Assembly: GCA_038206135.1 (NCBI GenBank)
Contig: JBBRBD010000005.1
Span: 467 to 64,466, forward strand
Reading direction: 5' to 3'
DNA from: Patescibacteria group bacterium
Lineage (GTDB): Bacteria; Patescibacteriota; Microgenomatia; UBA8517
Length of the DNA: 64,000 nt
Below the pieces are notes generated by a model. It had not been told where the DNA came from, made no database searches, and worked only from the letters and a program-made list of their open reading frames with translations. Numbering within the stretch: position 1 is the first letter of the stretch; each line of letters opens with the position of its first letter. The position numbers and the translations under genes are program-made. Shown here in pieces: positions 9,806-17,676 of this stretch.

Positions 9806-10210
9806 CTAACTGATTAGTTTTTTTAGTAAAACTTCAACTGAGTTTATAGAGTGTCGTGATTCTTTGTATATTGTTGTACCCGACTGTCTATCTGGTTTCA
9901 CGAACAGGCAGTCTCTTATGGTCCACTCTTTGTTTACCTCCATATCGATCGCGTACAGCGAAATGAGCGTATCATCACTCGTATAATAGATTGACAGCGT
10001 TACTTGTCGCTTTCCCGTGTACTCCCAAGCGCTCAAACAATATCGATATATGCTTTCTGATTTGGTCCATATACCGGCTGCTGTTATCTGCCAATTATCA
10101 GGCAACTGTTTTTTCAAAACTAGATCTAACACTTGTTTAATTACTTCAGTAATCTCGGATCCAAATTCATAATTAATTCTCGTTTGCAATTCTCCTTGAA
10201 TTAAAATCAT
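9806..10210 (-). CDS. Hypothetical protein, 134 aa. It is a diverged paralog of 9332..9727.
   Basis: A strong AAAAGGAG RBS precedes it. It shares an N-terminal motif with its neighbor. Confidence 0.45.
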   Translation of the reverse strand: MILIQGELQTRINYEFGSEITEVIKQVLDLVLKKQLPDNWQITAAGIWTKSESIYRYCLSAWEYTGKRQVTLSIYYTSDDTLISLYAIDMEVNKEWTIRDCLFVKPDRQSGTTIYKESRHSINSVEVLLKKLIS

Positions 10211-10256
10211 GAGAATCTCCTTTTAATACGTACGGATAGGTATGTTACCATAAAGT

Positions 10257-11171
10257 ATGGTTAAACACGCACAAACGAAGGAGAGGCGAAAGGAAATTAC
10301 AACTCCGACGCTTCCGATTACTGAGGCTACTATTTTTGATGGAAAAAGTTTTGCCTTTGAAAAAGAACGTCTTTTGAAAGCTAAGGTAAATGAACTAAAG
10401 TCGCTTGGAATACAACCTAAGCTTGTGGCCATAATTACTCAGCGGCATCCAGCGAGTGAACTGTACATACGTCTCAAGAAAAAAGCAGCAGAGCGAGTAG
10501 GTATTGAAATGGAAGTGTTTGAAGTTTTTTCAAGTAGTCGCGACTACCAATATCTTTTGAATCTTATTGGTTCATTTAACAGAGATACAAGCGTGCACGG
10601 CATAATGATTCAATTGCCTCTGGCAAAACGGTATCTACCATATCAAAAGAAAATTATGCGAGTAATTGCTCCTCAAAAAGATGTTGACGGGCTTAAAGTA
10701 GACACGACATTTGTCCCGGCTACAGTTCGAGCCATTATTTCAATAATAGAGGAAGCCTCTCTTAAGGTTCTTTTAAGAAAGCCTCCTCCTGTTTTTGTAG
10801 TTGGATCAAAAGGTGCAGTAGGTAGTGCACTTCTCATAGAATTGAATAAAAGGAATTATGTCGCAGAAGGCTTTGACAAACGACCGAGGGCTGACTGGCG
10901 TGACTTGTGGGGAGTGCCTTCTTTTATGAGTTTAAGAGCTGATGTTGTCGTTAGTGCCACAGGCACTCCGGGAATTATTGAGTCTCGACACATTGCAAAG
11001 GGTGCAGCTGTAATTGACGTAGGGTCTCCTGAAGGAGACGTGAGATTTAAAGAAGTTAAGCAAAAAGCATCTTTTATTACACCGGTTCCAGGTGGTGTTG
11101 GACCCGTGACAATTGTGTCGCTACTTGAAAATTTGATTGAGGCCGCTTATAATACTTTGTCTGACGTTTGA
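10257..11171 (+). CDS. folD: Bifunctional methylenetetrahydrofolate dehydrogenase / methenyl-THF cyclohydrolase.
   Basis: IFDGKSFA..., LVAIITQRHPASELYIRLKKKAAERVGI and a C-terminal NAD-binding GxGxxG-like region (VGSKGAVGSAL) are present. Confidence 0.75.
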   Translation: MVKHAQTKERRKEITTPTLPITEATIFDGKSFAFEKERLLKAKVNELKSLGIQPKLVAIITQRHPASELYIRLKKKAAERVGIEMEVFEVFSSSRDYQYLLNLIGSFNRDTSVHGIMIQLPLAKRYLPYQKKIMRVIAPQKDVDGLKVDTTFVPATVRAIISIIEEASLKVLLRKPPPVFVVGSKGAVGSALLIELNKRNYVAEGFDKRPRADWRDLWGVPSFMSLRADVVVSATGTPGIIESRHIAKGAAVIDVGSPEGDVRFKEVKQKASFITPVPGGVGPVTIVSLLENLIEAAYNTLSDV

Positions 11172-11262
11172 AATACACATTTAGTGGGTATGCATTCCCT
11201 GAGAACTTCAAAAGTCCTCTCACTCACTAAAGCGGAATTAAGGGAAAGCTAAAAAATATTAA

Positions 11263-12030
11263 ATGGCAAAAGCAGAAGTATCAGCTCAAAAACTAGTCGA
11301 AACCGGCGCACATTTTGGTCACCAAATGCGAAGGTGGAATCCTCGTATGAAAGAATTTTTGTATAAAGTACAGGATAGTACTTTTATTTTTGATCTTATT
11401 AAAACCAAGGCACTTTTAGAAGAAGCCCTTACTTTCTTGGAAACCGAATCAAAAGCAGGCAAGAAAATTTTGTTCGTAGGTACAAAAAAGCAGCTTAAAG
11501 AAAAAATTATTGCTGTAGCAAAAGCTACAAATAACTATTACATTGCAGAGCGATGGCTTGGTGGAACTTTCACAAACTTTGAGCAGATTAAAAAGTCTCT
11601 CCACAAAATGGAAGACATGAAAAAGAAGCTTGCTGCGGGAGAATACGCAAGTTATACAAAAAAAGAGAGACTTCTTATTAGCCGCGATATTGAAAAATTA
11701 GAACGAATGATTGGTGGACTTGCTGGCATGGAGAAGCTTCCCGATGTCGTTTTTGTAGTTGATACTCACAAAGAAGAAACAGCAGTAAGTGAGTCAAGAC
11801 GTCTTAAGGTTCCAGTTGTTGGAATAGTCGACTCAAATGGTGACCCAGATGACGTAAATTATGCAATTCCAATGAACGATGATGCAACCCAAGCTGTTGA
11901 GTATGTCCTAGATTTGGTTCAAGAAACAATTTCTGAGAAAGTAGCAACTCCAAAGGCTAAAAAAACACAAAAGTCTGAAAAAGAAGAAAAAGCTCCAGAA
12001 AAAGTAGAAAAGAAAGCCAAAAAGGCTTAA
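11263..12030 (+). CDS. rpsB: 30S ribosomal protein S2.
   Basis: LVETGAHFGHQMRRWNPRMKEFLY is present, with a Lys/Glu-rich C-terminal tail. Confidence 0.9.
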   Translation: MAKAEVSAQKLVETGAHFGHQMRRWNPRMKEFLYKVQDSTFIFDLIKTKALLEEALTFLETESKAGKKILFVGTKKQLKEKIIAVAKATNNYYIAERWLGGTFTNFEQIKKSLHKMEDMKKKLAAGEYASYTKKERLLISRDIEKLERMIGGLAGMEKLPDVVFVVDTHKEETAVSESRRLKVPVVGIVDSNGDPDDVNYAIPMNDDATQAVEYVLDLVQETISEKVATPKAKKTQKSEKEEKAPEKVEKKAKKA

Positions 12031-12042
12031 TATAATTTTTGT

Positions 12043-12501
12043 ATGGCAATCGACGCAAAACTAATTTCAAAACTTCGAGAAGAAACAGGCGCTCCTGTTA
12101 TCCGTGTCAAAAAACTTCTTGATGAGCTTAAAGGCGACGACAAAAAAGCACGTGAGATTTTAATGAAAGAAGGCTTTGAAAAAACAGAAAAAAGAGCAGG
12201 ACGTGAAACAGGGCAGGGAAGAATCGTCTCTTACACTCATCACACTGGTAAAGTTGCCTGTTTGATTGAGCTTTTATGCGAAACTGACTTTGTAGCAAAA
12301 AATGATCTTTTTACAGACCTCGCAAAAAATATTGCACTTCAAGTAGTTTCAATGAATCCGAAAGACAATGAAGAACTTTTGAAGCAGGAATTTATCAAAG
12401 AGCCAAGTAAAACTATGCAGGATTTAGTCAAAGAAGTTATCGCAAAAACTGGAGAAAATGTGCAACTTGGTCGCTTCGTTCGCCTTGAAATTGGCAAATA
12501 A
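12043..12501 (+). CDS. tsf: Elongation factor Ts, short form.
   Basis: LISKLREETGAPVIRVKKLL is present. The rpsB-tsf synteny supports the call. Confidence 0.85.
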   Translation: MAIDAKLISKLREETGAPVIRVKKLLDELKGDDKKAREILMKEGFEKTEKRAGRETGQGRIVSYTHHTGKVACLIELLCETDFVAKNDLFTDLAKNIALQVVSMNPKDNEELLKQEFIKEPSKTMQDLVKEVIAKTGENVQLGRFVRLEIGK

Positions 12502-12520
12502 CACCTCATTCCGATATAAT
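12486..12520 (+). promoter_or_regulatory. Sigma70-like promoter P1 (TTGGCA-18-TATAAT) inside the GAAATTGGCAAA motif. It overlaps the tsf stop codon.
   Basis: The sequence is cttGAAATTGGCAAAtaa...cgaTATAAT. The same motif recurs at 13256 and 14029. Confidence 0.5.
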
Positions 12521-12553
12521 CCCCATAGTGTTTTTAATTAAGGAGAATTTGCT

Positions 12554-13216
12554 TTGCAAAATGTAGCAGATGAACTTTTAAGATTTGAGCGTTTGTATAC
12601 TCAGGTGCTTACTGCACGTGCAGGTTCAAGAGGAAAGGGTGAATTTATGAAAGCTCGGAGCAAAGACAAATTGCTGTCAATTGAGCTTATGCATTCGACG
12701 AGCCTCTTGTTTAATCTATTAATAGGGTGCACTCAGTTTTTTCTCTTTCCCGTTGAATTTTACGATGAAGTATTGGCAGCCACTGACTCGCTGTATCGAT
12801 ATCTTCAATATGGTGACCCTGCTGAAATGTTAAGCGTCTCAAAAACATTGAATGAGATTATACCTGGATGTGACCCGATAGATAAAACTCGGATTCGTCT
12901 GTGGTTCTCAACTGCGGATATTCCGCTACAGCGTACATCAAGCGAAGAAAGAGAGTATGTCATAAAGCGAAACGATGTTTACCTGTCCAGTCTATTTGAA
13001 GAGGCTGTGAGAAGCAGTAGTTTTCCTGCGGTGTGGATTGGGTCAGTAGTTGTAAATCCGCTTCCTATGTTAGCGGCAAGCTTTAATCTTCCAGTTTCAA
13101 TGAAAACAATAGAGCCTGTTGTCCTTCGACGGACAAAGTACTATCTGGAGGTTACAGGCCGTGTTGCCGAAAAAACTTTCCTTGGCAGACTTGAGATTCT
13201 CTCGGTGAATGGGTAG
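12554..13216 (+). CDS. Hypothetical protein P1, 220 aa and cytoplasmic. It is a member of a three-gene tandem paralog family.
   Basis: It starts at TTG after an AAGGAG RBS. It shares the motifs LLSIEL... and QFFLFPVEFYDEVL with P3 (QFLFPAKYKELV). Confidence 0.5.
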   Translation: MQNVADELLRFERLYTQVLTARAGSRGKGEFMKARSKDKLLSIELMHSTSLLFNLLIGCTQFFLFPVEFYDEVLAATDSLYRYLQYGDPAEMLSVSKTLNEIIPGCDPIDKTRIRLWFSTADIPLQRTSSEEREYVIKRNDVYLSSLFEEAVRSSSFPAVWIGSVVVNPLPMLAASFNLPVSMKTIEPVVLRRTKYYLEVTGRVAEKTFLGRLEILSVNG

Positions 13217-13224
13217 TACGATTC

Positions 13225-13256
13225 GGGGAGCGCTAATTCGCTCCCCCTTTCTTCTT
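13225..13256 (+). terminator. Rho-independent terminator.
   Basis: GGGGAGCG-ctaatt-CGCTCCCC followed by TTTCTTCTT. Confidence 0.6.
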
Positions 13257-13290
13257 GAAATTGGCTAATAGACAGCTATCTCGCTATAAT
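13256..13290 (+). promoter_or_regulatory. Promoter P2 (TTGGCT-18-TATAAT) within cttGAAATTGGCTAAtag.
   Basis: The first 14 nt are near-identical to the tsf 3' end and promoter P1. Confidence 0.5.
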
Positions 13291-13326
13291 AGGCAACGTT
13301 TTATTTTTTTGTGAGGAGTGTATGTA

Positions 13327-13980
13327 ATGTCTCAGCAATTTGTTTTCGAAGGTGAAGAGGCTACTCTTGTCTTTCCGTCTTTGATAAATCAACAAAGTAC
13401 ATCAACGACACCGGGAGTAGATCCCTATTTGAAAGTAGAAACTATCACACAAAATTGTGTATTAGCAGTATTAAGAGGGGATCTTCGTGCCGATGTCTCT
13501 GTTCGAGAAATGCAATTAATTTCAATTTCAGATCAATATATCCGTCGGGAATACCTATTTGCCCGGCATGCCGTAAGTGATTATTACAAACTGCTAACGT
13601 TTGATCATGAAGGCTTAGTTCGATGGATTGATGACATCGTGGGTCACATTGGAACATCATCTGAAGTTACCGAAAGTATGTATTTTTGGTTTGCGACATT
13701 GGGTCTACCAATTGCTACGACTTGGAAGCATTACGAAGGCTTAATAATCAAGCAACAGAACAAGTTGCGGAATCTGTTATGGAAGAAAGCACCAGTTGAA
13801 ATTCCAAAACCGCTTTCAATGCGTTCGATTCCCATCGAATTACAAAAGATTGCAGATGAAGGAAATTCCATGTTTCACAGGAATACTGATGTGCGCATTC
13901 ATGCAGACATTCTTTTGGGTCAGTTAACAATATATTGGATGTCAAAAGGTATCTATCGTGAGTATCGCGTTCACACCTAA
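13327..13980 (+). CDS. Hypothetical protein P2, 217 aa, a tandem paralog family member. The ORF track extends it to GTG 13318.
   Basis: A GAGGAG RBS lies 8 nt upstream of ATG 13327. It shares weak motifs with P1 and P3 (QLISISDQ..., YLFARHAVSDYYKLL). Confidence 0.45.
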   Translation: MSQQFVFEGEEATLVFPSLINQQSTSTTPGVDPYLKVETITQNCVLAVLRGDLRADVSVREMQLISISDQYIRREYLFARHAVSDYYKLLTFDHEGLVRWIDDIVGHIGTSSEVTESMYFWFATLGLPIATTWKHYEGLIIKQQNKLRNLLWKKAPVEIPKPLSMRSIPIELQKIADEGNSMFHRNTDVRIHADILLGQLTIYWMSKGIYREYRVHT

Positions 13981-13995
13981 TAATATCTGTTAGTT

Positions 13996-14026
13996 AAGGG
14001 GAGCAACACGCTCCCTTTGTTTGTGC
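13996..14026 (+). terminator. Rho-independent terminator.
   Basis: GGGGAGC-aaca-CGCTCCC followed by TTTGTTTGTG. Confidence 0.55.
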
Positions 14027-14028
14027 CA

Positions 14029-14062
14029 TAAAATTGGCAAAAACGCTATGAACAGCTATAAT
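14029..14062 (+). promoter_or_regulatory. Promoter P3 (TTGGCA-17-TATAAT) within ataAAATTGGCAAAaac.
   Basis: This is the third copy of the GAAATTGGCWAA motif. Confidence 0.5.
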
Positions 14063-14096
14063 TCGTCATTCGTTTAAGCTGTAAGGAGCACATTAA

Positions 14097-14798
14097 ATGA
14101 TCAATCGAGAAGCAGAGACAATGGTTGAACTTGCATATTTAATGGGTTTGATAAGGGCGACTAGAAACATTTATCAATCTGGTCATTATTCCTCGAGCCA
14201 ATTGTTGGCTAAAGAAAATGATGGGGAGCTTGAGATTTCGATCACGCTTGGGCGTTTCGAATACAAGTATTACCTTTTATTTGATATGGGTATGCAGTTT
14301 CTATTTCCTGCCAAATATAAGGAGCTTGTATCAACCTCAGCATTAGTGACCCTAATGCCTCAGATATTGTCCGGTACGGTTGTTGAGATTCCGTTGACAC
14401 TACTTGATTCAGTCAAAGTCGAGTTATGTGGTTCTTTTGAGCAATTCATTTTTTTTATTAGTTTTGGGCAGATGCGTCCTTCTCTCGATAAGCATTTGTA
14501 TACCTTAACTATTGAACGGGACTGGCCGAATACGGCAGCGGCACGCGAATTAGGCACTATTTTATTGCCAAGACTTACGTCTGTTATGAAAGACGTCTTT
14601 TTGGACTCACACACTCTAGTTAAACAGCTTGTTTCTGAGCTTAATGAACTGCAGAAGATGAGAGATGATCAAGTGTTGATACAAGTAGGTCCATCCGTAT
14701 CGAACGGCTGTTTCATAGTTCATGTGTCCCAGACTGAATTCCAAACGGTATATCAGTGTTTGGTGAGTAGAGCGACGGTTGAGGACATATCTAACTGA
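14097..14798 (+). CDS. Hypothetical protein P3, 233 aa, a tandem paralog family member.
   Basis: An AAGGAG RBS precedes it. It shares the motifs LEISITLG and QFLFPAKYKELV with P1. Confidence 0.5.
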   Translation: MINREAETMVELAYLMGLIRATRNIYQSGHYSSSQLLAKENDGELEISITLGRFEYKYYLLFDMGMQFLFPAKYKELVSTSALVTLMPQILSGTVVEIPLTLLDSVKVELCGSFEQFIFFISFGQMRPSLDKHLYTLTIERDWPNTAAARELGTILLPRLTSVMKDVFLDSHTLVKQLVSELNELQKMRDDQVLIQVGPSVSNGCFIVHVSQTEFQTVYQCLVSRATVEDISN

Positions 14799-15783
14799 TG
14801 TCTTTTTTCGGGAGCGTGTAATACGCTCCCTTTGTTGTGCCTAGTTTTTGTAAGAAACCTCCATCCGTTAGTCGTTTGATGTCGTTTCTAATGGTGCGTT
14901 TGTTTATGCTTGGAAATCGTCGGGCAATCATATCCACACTTACCATAGTTTGGTCTTTTACAATTTTGACAATCTCAGATCTTCTGGGGAGAAGTGTGTC
15001 TTCTGGAGAAAAATGCTCAGCCTGATGTTGTATTAAACTGACAGCCTTTTGTGAAGCTGCTTTTAGTGCAGTGAGCATGAAGACTATATAATCAGTTACT
15101 TCTTTTTCTGGTTCATCGAGAGACGCATAATATTCGCTCCTATGATTATCTAAATATTCCTCAACAACTGCTAAGTTTTTCATAGCATATCCACCATGCA
15201 TCAACACTTTTTGAAACAACAATCTGCCCGTTCTTCCATTACCATCTAAAAATGGGTGAATTTTTTCGAAGGAATAATGAACAAGCGCTGCCCGAATAGG
15301 AACGAGAGATTCTTTGTCTGAATTTGCAAATTTTAGAAGCCGTATTAAATATTTTTCAGCTTGTTTGGGTGGAGGAGGCATATACACTGCGATTCCAGCC
15401 GAATTAAAAATAGCACTGACTTCGTGCCTTACATGACCTGCTTCTGGGCTTAAACCTTTCATGGTAATTTTATGTAAATTCAAAAGTTCCAAAAGAGTTA
15501 TGTCTTTTTTTTCTCGCTCCCGAAGCCACTCAAGCGCTCTCAATACATTAAACACTTCAGCTTTTTTTTGTGTTGATGAGCCTGGAGTCAATTCATCCAT
15601 CGTGAGTGTACTCCCTTCAATGCGAGCCGAAAAAAGTGAGCTTTGAAGCGTTGTCCTCCGTCTGATATTAGTTTCTATTTCTGGGGGAACAGAAAGAGCA
15701 TTCAGTACGGCTTTTGAGGCTTCAATATCATTTAACAGTTCTGTGATTTCTTTAGTGAGCGTATATTTCGCTGGAAGTAGCAT
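14791..15783 (-). CDS. Fic/DOC (Fido) family protein with an N-terminal inhibitory helix and a C-terminal winged-helix domain.
   Basis: The Fic motif HPFLDGNGRTGR is present. The [ST]xxxE[GN] inhibitory motif appears as SARIEG. The C-terminus carries an HTH-like segment (INKRTIRNDIKRLTDGGFLQK). Confidence 0.85.
   Translation of the reverse strand: MLLPAKYTLTKEITELLNDIEASKAVLNALSVPPEIETNIRRRTTLQSSLFSARIEGSTLTMDELTPGSSTQKKAEVFNVLRALEWLREREKKDITLLELLNLHKITMKGLSPEAGHVRHEVSAIFNSAGIAVYMPPPPKQAEKYLIRLLKFANSDKESLVPIRAALVHYSFEKIHPFLDGNGRTGRLLFQKVLMHGGYAMKNLAVVEEYLDNHRSEYYASLDEPEKEVTDYIVFMLTALKAASQKAVSLIQHQAEHFSPEDTLLPRRSEIVKIVKDQTMVSVDMIARRFPSINKRTIRNDIKRLTDGGFLQKLGTTKGAYYTLPKKDIS
14801..14840. terminator. 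Bidirectional terminator between P3 and the convergent Fic gene.
   Basis: T6 tract, then GGGAGCGT-gtaat-ACGCTCCC, then TTTGTTGTG. Confidence 0.6.
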
Positions 15784-15830
15784 ATGTTGCCAGATAATGT
15801 CAGATATAGGTAGATGTTGTCAAATATTTC
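15784..15830. repeat. Three direct repeats, ATGTTGCCAGATAA / ATGTCAGATATA / ATGTTGTCAAATAT, in the Fic-methyltransferase divergent promoter region.
   Basis: Read directly from the sequence. They are candidate operator sites. Confidence 0.4.
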
Positions 15831-15855
15831 CGAATAGATACTGTATACTTAAGTC

Positions 15856-16656
15856 ATGTACAAGCCAAAAAGCAGATTTAGTAAACATGTCCCCAAGAGA
15901 GCTGTTCCGATGCAGCCGAAGGGGTGGGAAGGAGAAGCAAAACAATACAATGATCTGGTAGGAGAGCGTGGTCACTATTACCATCAGCATGTTGTTATTC
16001 CTAAAAGTTTGGAACTTTTGAATCTTTCTACGGATAGTAGTGTACTCGATTTGGGATGTGGCCAAGGGGTCTTTTCGCGAGTTCTTCCAAAAACTGTTTC
16101 ATATGTCGGTGTAGACGCTTCAAAGTCGTTAATTGATTTTGCAAAAAAGTTTGATGAAAACCCACATCATCGATTTGAAGCTTTAAGCGCAACGCGTCCT
16201 CTAAAAGGTCTTCGTACTGATTTTTCACACGCGGTATGTATTTTGGCTCTTCAAAATATGGAGTATTTTGACACTGCTATAAAAAATGCTTCTGACCACT
16301 TACAAACTGGGGGTTCTTTCTTGATAGTACTCAATCACCCAATGTTTCGAATTCCGCGCCAAAGCGGTTGGGGAGAACCTATTCAGGGAATTCAAACACG
16401 CTGGATAAATAAATATATGAGCCACTTAAAAATTCCTATCAACATGCACCCGGGAATGAAAAAAGAAGCAGTAACCCTCAGTTATCACATGCCGCTACCT
16501 AGCTATGTTTCAAGCTTGCGAAAGCATGGCTTTGTAATTGCACAACTGGAGGAATGGAGTTCAAACAAAGAAAGCAAAGGTAAAAATGCAAAAGCCGAAA
16601 ACATCGCAAGAACAGAATTTCCATTATTTATGGCCATTTTAGCCAAAAAACAGTAA
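15856..16656 (+). CDS. Class I SAM-dependent methyltransferase.
   Basis: Motif I is VLDLGCGQGVFSRVL. The start is uncertain, with an alternative ATG at 15910. Confidence 0.7.
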   Translation: MYKPKSRFSKHVPKRAVPMQPKGWEGEAKQYNDLVGERGHYYHQHVVIPKSLELLNLSTDSSVLDLGCGQGVFSRVLPKTVSYVGVDASKSLIDFAKKFDENPHHRFEALSATRPLKGLRTDFSHAVCILALQNMEYFDTAIKNASDHLQTGGSFLIVLNHPMFRIPRQSGWGEPIQGIQTRWINKYMSHLKIPINMHPGMKKEAVTLSYHMPLPSYVSSLRKHGFVIAQLEEWSSNKESKGKNAKAENIARTEFPLFMAILAKKQ

Positions 16657-16670
16657 TTTTAGTTCTGTTG

Positions 16671-16687
16671 CTTGAATTGAATTCAAG
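16671..16687. other. Perfect inverted repeat CTTGAATT-g-AATTCAAG followed by ATTTTTAG.
   Basis: Read directly from the sequence. It is a weak, AT-rich terminator candidate or an operator. Confidence 0.3.
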
Positions 16688-16710
16688 ATTTTTAGTGGAG
16701 GAGGGAAATA

Positions 16711-17031
16711 ATGAGCAGAGATATAGTCTTTTTGTTAATGGTTCTTGGCTTTCTTTCAACCATCATGCTTTTTTTTAGATTGATGGGAGTACCACGCAAT
16801 AAGTGGTCCTTTGTGGATATTTTGAGCAATAAAACGCCATTGTTAGTTTTAGGACTCGGTTCAACATCTTGTATTATTGTGGGTATCTATTTAGCAAAGA
16901 AGCCGACAGGTATTTCAATTCCAGAAGATGCTATTCGGATATTGGGGATTATTATCTTTTTTGTTTTGTTACCATTTCTATCAAGTGTCTTCTTTGTGAT
17001 GAATCTTCGATGTTCTCCGAAAAGAGAGTAG
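16711..17031 (+). CDS. Hypothetical small membrane protein with three TM helices.
   Basis: A strong GGAGGAGGG RBS precedes the ATG. Confidence 0.45.
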   Translation: MSRDIVFLLMVLGFLSTIMLFFRLMGVPRNKWSFVDILSNKTPLLVLGLGSTSCIIVGIYLAKKPTGISIPEDAIRILGIIIFFVLLPFLSSVFFVMNLRCSPKRE

Positions 17032-17090
17032 TGCTCAAGAATATGGGCGGTGTAGTGCCGCCCTTTTTATATGCTATACTTGAGAAACAA

Positions 17091-17645
17091 ATGGATGAGC
17101 CGCAACTTCGCACTTCAATGCAAAAAGTTCTTGAGAATTTAACTCGTGAACTATCTGGTATACGTACAGGCCGTGCTTCTGCCTCTCTCGTATCTGATGT
17201 TATGGTAACGGTGTATGGAGGGACTCAGCATTTGCGAGTTATGGAAACTGCCTCAATTACAGTTCCTGAACCAACTCAAATTCTTATCGAACCCTGGGAC
17301 AAATCAATTATTGGCGAAATCCGACAAGGGATACTTGCCGCGAACATTGGTTTAAATCCGACCATCGATACTGATAAATTACGAATTTCTTTGCCTCCGC
17401 TTACGACTGAAGACCGAGAGAAGTATGTGAAACTTTTACATGTGAAGCTTGAAGAGTCTCGAGTTTCTATGCGTCAATCAAGAGGTGACACCATGCAGAA
17501 AATAAAAAAAGCATTTGAAGCGAAAGAGATTACTGAAGACGACAAATTTGCAGATGAGAAAAAGACGCAAGAAATCACAGATGAGTTTATTAAAAAGATT
17601 GAAGAAATGGGTGACAAAAAGACAGAAGAACTTCGCACTGTTTAA
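17091..17645 (+). CDS. frr: Ribosome recycling factor. The ORF track's 16869 start is a spurious N-terminal extension.
   Basis: MDEPQLRTSMQKVLENLTRELSGIRTGRASASL matches the Frr N-terminus. The length is 184 aa. Confidence 0.8.
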   Translation: MDEPQLRTSMQKVLENLTRELSGIRTGRASASLVSDVMVTVYGGTQHLRVMETASITVPEPTQILIEPWDKSIIGEIRQGILAANIGLNPTIDTDKLRISLPPLTTEDREKYVKLLHVKLEESRVSMRQSRGDTMQKIKKAFEAKEITEDDKFADEKKTQEITDEFIKKIEEMGDKKTEELRTV

Positions 17646-17676
17646 CACTACACATCGTCTGATACAATAAATTTCA

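Noticed and set aside
16869-17090. The ORF-track 258-aa version of frr with a 74-aa N-terminal extension.
   Set aside because: - The extension is Cys/Tyr-rich nonsense that overlaps the upstream membrane-protein gene.
- The Frr homology begins at ATG 17091.
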